This document shows, one piece after another, positions 8,345 through 16,608 of a stretch of 20,014 nt of DNA. How positions within the stretch are numbered: position 1 is the first letter of the stretch; every line of letters starts with the position of its first letter. Source of the stretch: Deltaproteobacteria bacterium (GTDB lineage: Bacteria > Myxococcota_A > UBA9160 > SMWR01); contig JAQBGU010000028.1 in assembly GCA_032128375.1 (NCBI GenBank), forward strand, positions 1-20,014, in the 5' to 3' direction. A program made the position numbers and the translations under genes. The notes beneath the pieces were generated by a model that ran no database searches, was not told where the DNA came from, and saw nothing but the letters and a program-made list of their open reading frames with translations.

Positions 8345-9466
8345 ATGAACGGCGCAAATGGCGTCGATCGCGAATTCGTCGGCTTGCCCTCGCCCACGAT
8401 GCCACGCGCGAGTCATGGATCCCATCCGTGCCAGGGGCTGTATTGGAAGCCGCGAGGCGCGCGTCCGCGAATCGCTTTCATCGCCACCCACTACAACGGC
8501 GATTTCTCCGAGCACTATCTGGCCGAGTATCTGGCGAAGCGCGGTTTTGGGTTCCTCGGTTGGAACACGCGCTTTCGCGGCGCGGAGGACATGTTCCTAC
8601 TCGCCAGCGCGCTGATCGACATCGGTGTGGGTGTTCGATGGTTGTACGAGCAAGCGGGCGCCGAGGTGGTCGTCGTATTGGGGAACTCCGGGGGCGGCTC
8701 GCTGATGGGTGCCTATCAGTCGCAGTCGCTCGCTGTCGACCTTTCCGCACCCGGTCGGGATGCGGAGGCGCTGGCTGCACTGCGCGCCGCAGATCTCTAC
8801 GTATCGGTCAACTCGCACCCAGGCAGACCCGACGTGATCACCAAGTGGCTCGACCCGTCCGTGACCGACGAAACCGACCCGACCGCGACCGATCCCGCCC
8901 TCGACGCATTCGACCCGAGCAATGGTCCGCCCTACTCGGCTGAATTCATCGCGCGCTACAGGCTCGCGCAGGTCGAGCGCAATCACCGCATCACCCGTTG
9001 GGCGCAGCGCGAGCTCGAACGGCTCGCGAAATCCAATGTGCCCGACCGAATCTTTCCGCTGTTTCGGTGCTGGGCTGATTTGCGCTTCATGGACCCGGCG
9101 ATCGACCGCTCCGATCGGAAGTGTCCTGCGTGTTATTCGGGCGATCCGGCGCGGGCAAACCGCGGACCCTTCGGTCTGGGCCGCGCAAACACGCTGCGTA
9201 CATGGCTCTCGATGTGGAGTCTCCAGCACAGCGAGGCGCGCGCGGAACTCCATCTTCCGAAGATCCGCGAGCCCGCGCTCGTTGTGCAATCGATGGCCGA
9301 TACCGGTGTATTCCCCAGCGATGCGAAGATCCTCTACCAGCTGCTGGGTTCGGAAGACAAACAACTCGAGTTGATTCCGGGTGCCCACTACTTCGAAACC
9401 GATCTGCGCGATCGCGAGCACGTGGCCGACTTGATCGCGGGCTGGATCCGCCAGAGGACCGATTGA
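8345..9466 (+). CDS. Alpha/beta hydrolase
   Basis: 373 aa. Nucleophile elbow GNSGGG, candidate Asp (ADTGV) and His (GAHYF). Transcribed divergently from the catabolic operon. Confidence 0.88.
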   Translation: MNGANGVDREFVGLPSPTMPRASHGSHPCQGLYWKPRGARPRIAFIATHYNGDFSEHYLAEYLAKRGFGFLGWNTRFRGAEDMFLLASALIDIGVGVRWLYEQAGAEVVVVLGNSGGGSLMGAYQSQSLAVDLSAPGRDAEALAALRAADLYVSVNSHPGRPDVITKWLDPSVTDETDPTATDPALDAFDPSNGPPYSAEFIARYRLAQVERNHRITRWAQRELERLAKSNVPDRIFPLFRCWADLRFMDPAIDRSDRKCPACYSGDPARANRGPFGLGRANTLRTWLSMWSLQHSEARAELHLPKIREPALVVQSMADTGVFPSDAKILYQLLGSEDKQLELIPGAHYFETDLRDREHVADLIAGWIRQRTD

Positions 9467-10032
9467 TGGCCAAAGTCGCAATCATCTATCACAGCGGCTA
9501 CGGCCACACCGCGCGTCTGGCCACGAGTGTCTTTGAAGGAGCGAAAGCGATCGACGGCGTGAGCGCAGCGCTGATCCGAGTAGAAGAACTGCCGGAGCGG
9601 CTTGCGGAGCTGAACGCCGCGGACGCGATCATTTTCGGCACGCCCACCTACATGGGAAGCGCGTCGGCACCCTTCAAGGCCTTCATGGACTCGACCAGCA
9701 TCATCTTTGCCGGCATGGGCTGGCGGGACAAGCTCGCGGCGGGTTTTACCAACTCGGCCGCCTACAACGGCGACAAGCTCAGCACGTTGAGCCAACTCGG
9801 CGTCTTCGCCGCTCAACACGGAATGATCTGGGTCAGCCTGGGACTCCCGCCGGGGAACAACTCGACGCAGGGTTCCCCCGACGACCTCAATCGGCTCGGT
9901 GCGTCACTCGGAGCCATGGCTCAGTCCGACGCCGACGCGCCACCCGACGTCGCGCCACCGAGTTCCGACCTCGAAACGGGTCGCCATCTCGGACGCCGCG
10001 TCGCCCAAGCTGCTCTACGGTGGGCCGGCTGA
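9466..10032 (+). CDS. Flavodoxin-fold NAD(P)H:quinone oxidoreductase (WrbA-like)
   Basis: ATG 9466 overlaps the upstream TGA (TGATG). MAKVAIIYHSGYGHT phosphate loop, FGTPTYMG, WRDKLAAGFTNS...GDK, QHGMIWV. Confidence 0.9.
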   Translation: MAKVAIIYHSGYGHTARLATSVFEGAKAIDGVSAALIRVEELPERLAELNAADAIIFGTPTYMGSASAPFKAFMDSTSIIFAGMGWRDKLAAGFTNSAAYNGDKLSTLSQLGVFAAQHGMIWVSLGLPPGNNSTQGSPDDLNRLGASLGAMAQSDADAPPDVAPPSSDLETGRHLGRRVAQAALRWAG

Positions 10033-10129
10033 TAGGGCAATCCAGTGGCGGCACCACTTCGAGGAGCGCGGCCCCCACCCGATCGATCGCGCCAACAATC
10101 ATTTGGGCTCACACGGGAGTGTTCATTCC

Positions 10130-10534
10130 ATGGGTAACTACAGCAGGGTTTTCAGTCGGAGTCTCACCCGCGCGGTCGCAGCGGACCCGGATCGGTTCTT
10201 TTCCCAATTCTACGACCGCTTCATTCCCTCGAGTCCGGAGGTCACGGCACTTTTCGAAGGCGTCGATATGAAGAGACAACGAAAAATTATCGAGGCATCA
10301 CTGGCATACATGTCTGAGTTCGCCGCATTTCTGACCAAGACCGACCCGCTCGAACGCCTGGCCGAGCGCCACAGCCGGCGGGGAATTGACGTAGCCCCGG
10401 CTCTCTACGAAGTCTGGCTCGACATGCTCGTCGAGACGGTCCGGGAATCGGACCCCGAGTACAGCGATGAAGTCGGCCTGGCCTGGCGCGTGGTGATGTC
10501 GCCCGGCATCGCGTTCATGAAGGCGCACTATTGA
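10130..10534 (+). CDS. Single-domain globin
   Basis: 134 aa from ATG 10130 (GGGAG upstream). FFSQFYDRF (Tyr B10), LF (Phe CD1), DMKRQ (Gln E7), LAERHS (proximal His F8), H-helix AWRVVM. Confidence 0.88.
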   Translation: MGNYSRVFSRSLTRAVAADPDRFFSQFYDRFIPSSPEVTALFEGVDMKRQRKIIEASLAYMSEFAAFLTKTDPLERLAERHSRRGIDVAPALYEVWLDMLVETVRESDPEYSDEVGLAWRVVMSPGIAFMKAHY

Positions 10535-10692
10535 TCGCGCAAGTGTGGAACCGGGCGATGCCCCCAGCGAGTGAGAATACTTCTCGCGAACATGCGCGAG
10601 TGATAGATCGATCGTTACACGATGACGCACCGCTCATCGGAATCTGCACGACGAGAACCGACAGAGATCCGATATGCGGGTTCCATTTTCCC

Positions 10693-10860
10693 ATTCACTT
10701 TCACTACATCCTGGCGGGCTCCGTCGGGCTCATCTTTCACCAGGCCGAGGAATGCAAGCGACTCATCGGCGCCGACCCCTTCGACGAAGCCATCGTCGAA
10801 GAGCACGCGCGAGCGGTCGAGTACCTCTTCCTCGGGCCACCGGATCAGGAGAAGCCATGA
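10693..10860 (+). pseudogene. C-terminal remnant of a TetR-family regulator
   Basis: IHFHYILAGSVGLIFHQAEECKRLIGADPFDEAIVEEHARAVEYLFLG resembles TetR C-terminal helices. The upstream in-frame part (10531-10690) has no HTH and looks non-coding. Stop overlaps the FAH start (ATGA). Confidence 0.55.
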
Positions 10861-11732
10861 AACTCGTCACTTTCAGTTATCAAGATACAATGCGATTGGG
10901 TGTCATCGATGGAGACGAAGTCGTCGATGTCTGTGCCAACGACTCGAATCTCCCGAAGGACATGCTGTCCTTGCTGGAAGCGGGCACAGCTGCGCTCGAA
11001 GACGTGCAGGCCGCGAGTCGTGGCGGTGCGCGCATTCCCCTCGCCGATGTTCGCCTCGAAGCACCGATCGCCCGACCTCCCAAGTTCTTCGGAATCGGCT
11101 TGAACTACGCCGATCACGTCGCGGAGTCGGGAATGGAGGTGCCCGCGCACCCGACCGTGTTCAATAAGCAGAGCACCTGCGTCGTAGGACCGTACGACGA
11201 GGTCCACATACCCCGCGCCTCCCATGTCGTCGACTACGAGGGCGAACTCGGCTTCGTGATCGGGCGCCGCTGTCGTCACGTCTCCCGACAAGACGCACGC
11301 GAAGTCATCGCGGGCTACACCGTCGTCAACGATGTGACGGTCCGCGATTGGCAGCTACGCATTCCCACCTGGACGATTGGAAAGTCCTTCGACACCCACG
11401 GCCCGATCGGCCCCTGCATCGTGACAGCCGATGATCTCCCCGACCCCCACCAGCTGGCGCTGCGCACCTGGGTGAACGGCGAGCTGCGCCAGGAATCGAA
11501 TACAAAAGAACTCATCTTCGATTGTTTCACCCTCGTCGAACATCTTTCCACTGCGTTTACGCTCGAACCGGGTGACGTGATCGCAACCGGAACCCCGTCG
11601 GGCGTCGGGATCGGCATGAAGCCGCCCAAGCTCCTGAAAGCGGGCGACAGTGTGCGCATCGAAATCGAAGGCATCGGCGCGATCGAGAATGTGTTCGTCG
11701 ACGAGCCGGCCGACACTGCTTTCATCGCGTAG
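10857..11732 (+). CDS. Fumarylacetoacetate hydrolase family protein
   Basis: Start reassigned to ATG 10857 after AGGAG. GIGLNYADH, VDYEGEL, NDVTVRDWQ, GKSFDT, PGDVIATGTPSGVG. Confidence 0.95.
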   Translation: MKLVTFSYQDTMRLGVIDGDEVVDVCANDSNLPKDMLSLLEAGTAALEDVQAASRGGARIPLADVRLEAPIARPPKFFGIGLNYADHVAESGMEVPAHPTVFNKQSTCVVGPYDEVHIPRASHVVDYEGELGFVIGRRCRHVSRQDAREVIAGYTVVNDVTVRDWQLRIPTWTIGKSFDTHGPIGPCIVTADDLPDPHQLALRTWVNGELRQESNTKELIFDCFTLVEHLSTAFTLEPGDVIATGTPSGVGIGMKPPKLLKAGDSVRIEIEGIGAIENVFVDEPADTAFIA

Positions 11733-11790
11733 TACCGCGGGTAGTACCGCGGGGAGTACCGTTGGCAGTACCATGGGGTAGTACCATGGG
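11730..11790 (+). repeat. Five-copy tandem repeat with ~12-bp unit
   Basis: TAGTACCGCGGG / TAGTACCGCGGG / GAGTACCGTTGG / CAGTACCATGGGG / TAGTACCATGGG, beginning at the FAH stop codon. Confidence 0.9.
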
Positions 11791-11815
11791 TGGTGTCGAC
11801 GACTGAGGAATTCCA

Positions 11816-12733
11816 ATGATCAAAGTGAAGGACATCGCATACGCACGCTTCGGCGCACCGGATCTCGACCAGATGGAACGCTTCACCGCCGACTTCGGTC
11901 TCGTGACGGTTCACCGCGACGACGATCGGCTCTACACGCGGGGCACCGACCCTGCTGCGTATATCCATGTCACGCTGCGCGGTGAGCCGGGTTTCAAGGG
12001 AATGGCGTTCGAAGCGGAGAACGCGAGCGATCTCGATGCGGCTGCAAAGCTCGAGGGTGCATCTGCGGTCGAGAAACTCGACGCACCCGGGGGAGGACGA
12101 AGTGTCCGTTTCGTCGACCCCGATGGATTCGAGGTCGAGGTGGTTCACGGCCGCCAGCCGCTTCCCGCTCTTCCGGTTCGCCGTGCAGCGCCGTTGAATT
12201 TCGGAAGCGATCGACGCCGCAAGGGGCGACTGCAGCGTGTCCAAGCCGGACCCTCCAGCGTCAAGCGGATCGGTCACGCGGGACTCATGGTCAGCGACTT
12301 CCGGCGCAGCCAGGATTGGTACCAGAGCCGTTTTGGATTCCTGTCCTCTGACGAGATCTACCTCGGAGCGCCTGAGCAGGTCATTGGCGCCTTCATGCGC
12401 TGCGATCGCGGACAGGAGTTTGTCGATCACCACTCACTCGTCTGCTTCGCCCCTCCGGGCGCCGAGCCCGGACTCGACCACATCTCGTTCGAAGTCGAGG
12501 ATTGGGATGCGGTCATGGTCGGTCACGAGCACCTGAAGGCCGCCGGCTACGAACACAAGATGGGTGTCGGTCGACACATTCTGGGATCGCAGGTCTACGA
12601 CTACTGGAGGGACCCATGGGGCCACGTCGTCGAGCATTTCACCGATGGCGATCTGCTCGATGCCAGTGCCGCCACCAGCAGCGGAGACCCGTCGGTAGCG
12701 CTGGGAACGCAATGGGGAGTGATGAATCCCTGA
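11816..12733 (+). CDS. Two-domain VOC extradiol dioxygenase, 2,4,5-trihydroxytoluene oxygenase (DntD)-like
   Basis: 305 aa, RBS GAGGA. Candidate metal ligands in IGHAGL, LDHISFEV and VEHFTDGD. GVGRHILGSQVYDYWRDPWG is characteristic of the THT-oxygenase subfamily. Confidence 0.85.
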   Translation: MIKVKDIAYARFGAPDLDQMERFTADFGLVTVHRDDDRLYTRGTDPAAYIHVTLRGEPGFKGMAFEAENASDLDAAAKLEGASAVEKLDAPGGGRSVRFVDPDGFEVEVVHGRQPLPALPVRRAAPLNFGSDRRRKGRLQRVQAGPSSVKRIGHAGLMVSDFRRSQDWYQSRFGFLSSDEIYLGAPEQVIGAFMRCDRGQEFVDHHSLVCFAPPGAEPGLDHISFEVEDWDAVMVGHEHLKAAGYEHKMGVGRHILGSQVYDYWRDPWGHVVEHFTDGDLLDASAATSSGDPSVALGTQWGVMNP

Positions 12734-12761
12734 TCCGGAGGATTGGCTCGCCTCCCCGCTG

Positions 12762-12923
12762 GCGGTGTATTTCCGTGGTCCGAAGCGCGTCAAATTCGAA
12801 GTCGTACATATGCCGCTGGCCGAGCAGCTGGCGACTGCGTGGAAGACGTTGCAGATGGGTGAGGCGCGATCTCGGGTGTGGCACGTCGAAGCAACGGATG
12901 TCGACAACGACAACGAACTGTAG
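12762..12923 (+). pseudogene. Possible 3' remnant of a single-domain VOC/glyoxalase gene
   Basis: AVYFRGPKRVKFEVVHMPLAEQLATAWKTLQ...* (TAG 12921-12923) resembles the terminal 'AVYF.DPD..KLEVV' strands of VOC proteins. No N-terminal half. Confidence 0.35.
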
Positions 12924-12927
12924 CTGA

Positions 12928-14082
12928 ATGCGCATCTTCTTTACCTTTGCGGGTGGTCGCGGTCACTTCGAGCCACTCATTCCGGTCGCTCGCGCCGCTG
13001 CCGAGGCGGGCCACAGTGTCATTTTCGGATGCGGTCCGTCGCTGGTATCGATGGTTGAGGCAGCGAATTTCAGCGTCCTCGTGATGGACACGGGCCCGAG
13101 CAGCCCACGCGTACGGATACCTCTGCGCCCCGTCGACCCTGACCGGGAAGACCGAGACCTCCGCGATCGCTTCGCGCGTCGCGCCGCGCGGAGCCGGGTG
13201 CCGCATGTCATTGCGTTGTTGGCAGAGTGGCAGCCCGACGTCCTGGTGTGTGATGAGACGGATTTCGGCGCCATGGTTGCGGCCGAGCGACTCGGACTGT
13301 TGTATGCGACGGTGCTAGTCATCGCCGCCGGATCCTTCGTGCGGCCCGAGGTCGTGGGCGCCGCACTGAGCGAGCTGCGCGCCGAGCACGGTCTGCCGCC
13401 GGACCCCGAACTGGGTATGCTCAGCCGCTATCTGGTGCTGTCGCCCTTCCCACGCAGTTTCCGCGACCCCGCCTACCCCCTGCCGGCTACCGCACACGGC
13501 TTTCGCCCGACGCTGCGGGCTGCTCCCGCCCAGGGCTCCAAACCCTCCTGGTCCCTTGTACTACCGGGCGCACCGACCGTGTATTTTACGCTCGGAAGCG
13601 TCTTCAACCTGGAGTCCGGTGATCTGTTCGCTCGTGCGCTCGCTGGATTGCGCGGGTTATCAGTCAACCTCGTCGTCACGGTGGGACATGACATCGACCC
13701 CGCGGAGTTCGGACCGCAACCGGATCATGTTCTGATCGAGCGGTACATCCCACAATCGTCCGTGCTGCCACACTGCGATCTGGTGGTCTCGCACGCCGGA
13801 TCCGGCAGCGTCATCGGCGCACTGGCACACGGCCTGCCGTCGGTGCTGATCCCGCTGGGGGCCGATCAGCCGCTGAACGCGAACCGATGTGTGGAGCTCG
13901 GTGTCGCGAAGCTCCTCGATGCGGTGGAGTTGACGCCTCAGGACGTACGTGATTCCGTGTCGGAGGTGCTCGATGATCACGGCTATCGGCGAAATGCGGA
14001 ACGCGTGCGAGACGAGATCGCCGCGCTTCCTGAACCGGCCCGTGCCGTCGCTCTGCTCGAGCAGCTTGTAGTGGACAAGTAG
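12928..14082 (+). CDS. GT-B family 1 glycosyltransferase (MGT/EryCIII-like)
   Basis: 384 aa. GRGHFEP (catalytic His), WQPDVLVCD, VYFTLGS, YIPQ..VL..CDLVVSHAGSGS, PLGADQP.NA. Confidence 0.93.
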   Translation: MRIFFTFAGGRGHFEPLIPVARAAAEAGHSVIFGCGPSLVSMVEAANFSVLVMDTGPSSPRVRIPLRPVDPDREDRDLRDRFARRAARSRVPHVIALLAEWQPDVLVCDETDFGAMVAAERLGLLYATVLVIAAGSFVRPEVVGAALSELRAEHGLPPDPELGMLSRYLVLSPFPRSFRDPAYPLPATAHGFRPTLRAAPAQGSKPSWSLVLPGAPTVYFTLGSVFNLESGDLFARALAGLRGLSVNLVVTVGHDIDPAEFGPQPDHVLIERYIPQSSVLPHCDLVVSHAGSGSVIGALAHGLPSVLIPLGADQPLNANRCVELGVAKLLDAVELTPQDVRDSVSEVLDDHGYRRNAERVRDEIAALPEPARAVALLEQLVVDK

Positions 14083-14101
14083 TGGGCAAGTAGTGGACAA
14101 G
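14069..14101 (+). repeat. Three-copy 11-bp tandem repeat spanning the glycosyltransferase stop
   Basis: TAGTGGACAAG / TAGTGGGCAAG / TAGTGGACAAG. The TAG of the second copy is the stop codon. Confidence 0.9.
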
Positions 14102-14118
14102 CATCCGTTGGGCGCAGC

Positions 14119-15036
14119 GTGAGCCCCGGGAGAATCAACGATCTCCAAGAGGGATCTCGTGTTCGAATCAACGTCCAGGCAATCATTCTGGCTGTTGTCG
14201 GGTGCATTGGGATTGTCGCCGTTGGCTGCAACGCTACGACCCAGCGGCTGCAGTTGGCTGAACCCAGTGCAGTGTCGAACCCGGACGAGTTCGCCGCGCG
14301 GCGGGGGATTCGTCTGCTGCCAGATGAGCTGGCCATACTCTCCTATCAGCTGCCATCCGAGTCGTTCGAGTTGTACGTTCCCGCGCCCAGAGAATTCTCC
14401 GGCGAAGCGATCGGTCTGGTCTGGGTGAGTGCGGGCAAATCTGGCGCTCCGCCAGCCAACTGGGCCTCGGTGCTCGATCGATATGACGTGCACTGGATCG
14501 GCGCCAACGCGGCCGGCAACCAGCGCTCCCCGCCGGACCGGATCAACCTGGCCCTGGATGCGGCGCAACATCTACGCGGCCTGCTCGGACACACTCGGGC
14601 GCGCGTCTTCGTGGGAGGGTTCTCCGGGGGTGCGCGCATCGCATCCGAGGCCGCACTTCTGTATCCCGACATTTTTTCAGGCGCGCTGCTCGCGGGTGCC
14701 GCCGACTACTTTCGGTTCGTAGAATCGTCTGACCCACGCTGGGCGGCCTGGGCGCCCACGTTTCCGCCTGCTGCGGCGAAGCTTCTCCGGCTGGCGAAAG
14801 CGCGCGGCCGCTACGTGTTCGTGACGGGTACCGATGACTCCAACAGGACGTTGGTTCAAGATGTCAGCCGCGCCTATCTGGCAGACGGTTTCTCATTCGC
14901 CAGGCTCATCGACATTCCGCAGCTCGGGCACAAAATGCCGACACCGGCGTGCTTTGAGCGTGCACTCGTCGAACTGCTCGCGGTAGGCTCGACCGAGTGG
15001 GCTGAGCCACGCCGCCCGATCGAGGCTTGCCGCTGA
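14119..15036 (+). CDS. Exported/lipoprotein-like alpha/beta-hydrolase esterase (PHB depolymerase-like)
   Basis: Hydrophobic N-terminal segment with Cys (AIILAVVGCIGIVAVGC). FELYVP, RVFVGGFSGGA (Ser), GTDDSN (Asp), LGHKMP (His). Start codon uncertain. Confidence 0.75.
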   Translation: MSPGRINDLQEGSRVRINVQAIILAVVGCIGIVAVGCNATTQRLQLAEPSAVSNPDEFAARRGIRLLPDELAILSYQLPSESFELYVPAPREFSGEAIGLVWVSAGKSGAPPANWASVLDRYDVHWIGANAAGNQRSPPDRINLALDAAQHLRGLLGHTRARVFVGGFSGGARIASEAALLYPDIFSGALLAGAADYFRFVESSDPRWAAWAPTFPPAAAKLLRLAKARGRYVFVTGTDDSNRTLVQDVSRAYLADGFSFARLIDIPQLGHKMPTPACFERALVELLAVGSTEWAEPRRPIEACR

Positions 15037-15083
15037 GCCACGACCCGTTTTCACGATCCGCCACAAAATGGAGGGAAGAGCCG

Positions 15084-15665
15084 ATGAAGAGCTTCGAATC
15101 GTTGATCGGCGAGGTCCGAGCTTGCGCGATTTGCGCGCCAGACCTGCCGCACGGGACACGGCCCGTTGTCCAGCTGCACCCGAAGGCTCGGCTGTTGATT
15201 GCGGGTCAGGCGCCTGGACGCAAAGTTCACGAGACAGGTACACCGTTCGATGATGCCAGCGGCGAAAGACTGCGCCAGTGGATGGGTGTAACGCGCGATG
15301 AGTTCTACGACCGCCAGCTCGTGGCGATTCTACCGATGGGCTTTTGCTACCCGGGTACCGGCAAGAGTGGCGACCTGCCGCCAAGGCCGGAGTGTGCGCC
15401 GGCGTGGCGCGAACAGCTGCTGCGCCGGCTCCGACACCTGGACGTCACACTCGTGATCGGACAGTACGCACAGGCGTATCATCTGAAAGATGCGAGAAAA
15501 TCATTGACTGAAACCGTGCGAAACTGGCGCGAGTACTGGCCATCCATGGTTCCGCTGCCACATCCGAGTCCAAGGAATAACTTCTGGCTGCGCAAGAATC
15601 CGTGGTTCGAGACGGATCTGCTGCCGTCCCTGCGTCAACGGATCGAGGAGGTGCTTTCGAAGTGA
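15084..15665 (+). CDS. Uracil-DNA glycosylase superfamily protein
   Basis: ATG 15084 after GGAGGG. CAIC, motif A GQAPG, PF.DASG.RLR.W, MGFCYPG, PRPEC, motif B LPHPSPRN. Confidence 0.92.
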   Translation: MKSFESLIGEVRACAICAPDLPHGTRPVVQLHPKARLLIAGQAPGRKVHETGTPFDDASGERLRQWMGVTRDEFYDRQLVAILPMGFCYPGTGKSGDLPPRPECAPAWREQLLRRLRHLDVTLVIGQYAQAYHLKDARKSLTETVRNWREYWPSMVPLPHPSPRNNFWLRKNPWFETDLLPSLRQRIEEVLSK

Positions 15666-15693
15666 CGACAACCTCGAGATTCTACGTGACGCG

Positions 15694-16275
15694 ATGCGGA
15701 TAACTGCGAAGGAATTCGAGGAACTCGATCTCAGAGCGCATTCGCTGCTGGCGGACGTGCCTCTGCACGATGTGTGGATGGTCGAGCTTGTTGGCGGCGG
15801 CCCGGGCGCCAGCATGGTGGATCTGCGAGAACTTCTGGCGTTCGAAACTTTCCGTGAAACGAACGTCGCAGTCCGATTTCTATTCGCGCTTCGGGGTTGG
15901 CTCGGCGGACTGTTGGGATGGGACCGCAAGTCGCGCCGATCGTTCGGAGATAGCTTCCTTCAAAGACTCTCGGCTGCCGATCGCGAACAATCTCTGGTGA
16001 CACCCGGCACAGCCGAAGGGCCTTTCCAGGTACTCTTCGTCTCTGCACGGGAGGCGATATCAGAAATCCACAACTCCACCGTGCATGCATTTTCGGTCTT
16101 TGCGTTGTTGGAACGTTCTGCTGGCTATCGCCTCTACTGGGCGATCTACGTTCGCCCGTTGGGCCGAGTCACTTCGGTGTACATGCGACTCATCGACCCC
16201 TTCCGCCGGTTCATCATCTATCCCGCAGTGCTGCGTCACATACGGGCTGTCTGGGCTGATCGCGCTCTGACATGA
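15694..16275 (+). CDS. DUF2867-like protein
   Basis: 193 aa. LHDVW, FLFALRGWLG.LLGWD, EIHNSTVH, YMRLIDPFRRFIIYP, as recalled for this family. Confidence 0.75.
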   Translation: MRITAKEFEELDLRAHSLLADVPLHDVWMVELVGGGPGASMVDLRELLAFETFRETNVAVRFLFALRGWLGGLLGWDRKSRRSFGDSFLQRLSAADREQSLVTPGTAEGPFQVLFVSAREAISEIHNSTVHAFSVFALLERSAGYRLYWAIYVRPLGRVTSVYMRLIDPFRRFIIYPAVLRHIRAVWADRALT

Positions 16276-16601
16276 AGGTATTCGCCGGCCTGGCTGCACT
16301 GCTCTTTGCCTACTCGGCGTTCGTTCAAATCAACGATCCCGATCCGATTCGATGGATCGCGATCTACTCCTGTGCTGCTGTCGTGTCGGCGGCTTCTGTG
16401 TTCGGCTCGATTCCCAGATCCATATTGATGACCCTCGCTTGCGTGGCGGGTAGCTGGGCGGCGACGCTATTGCCGGGCGTACTGATGGAAGCGGCTTTCA
16501 CCGCAACGGAAGAAGAGCGCGAGTTCCTCGGGCTGATGCTCGTTTGCATCGCCAGTGCCGTGCTGTGGCGATCCGGCGTGCGCGGAACCGGCACAGCGTG
16601 A
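16272..16601 (+). CDS. Transmembrane-220 family small membrane protein
   Basis: 109 aa, about four TM segments. VQINDPDP..W..IY and EEEREFLGL motifs. ATGA overlap with the upstream gene. Confidence 0.85.
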   Translation: MKVFAGLAALLFAYSAFVQINDPDPIRWIAIYSCAAVVSAASVFGSIPRSILMTLACVAGSWAATLLPGVLMEAAFTATEEEREFLGLMLVCIASAVLWRSGVRGTGTA

Positions 16602-16608
16602 CACTCGA

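Noticed and set aside
11730..11790. Mini CRISPR array
   Set aside because: Units are 12-13 bp and contiguous, with no unique spacers and no cas genes.
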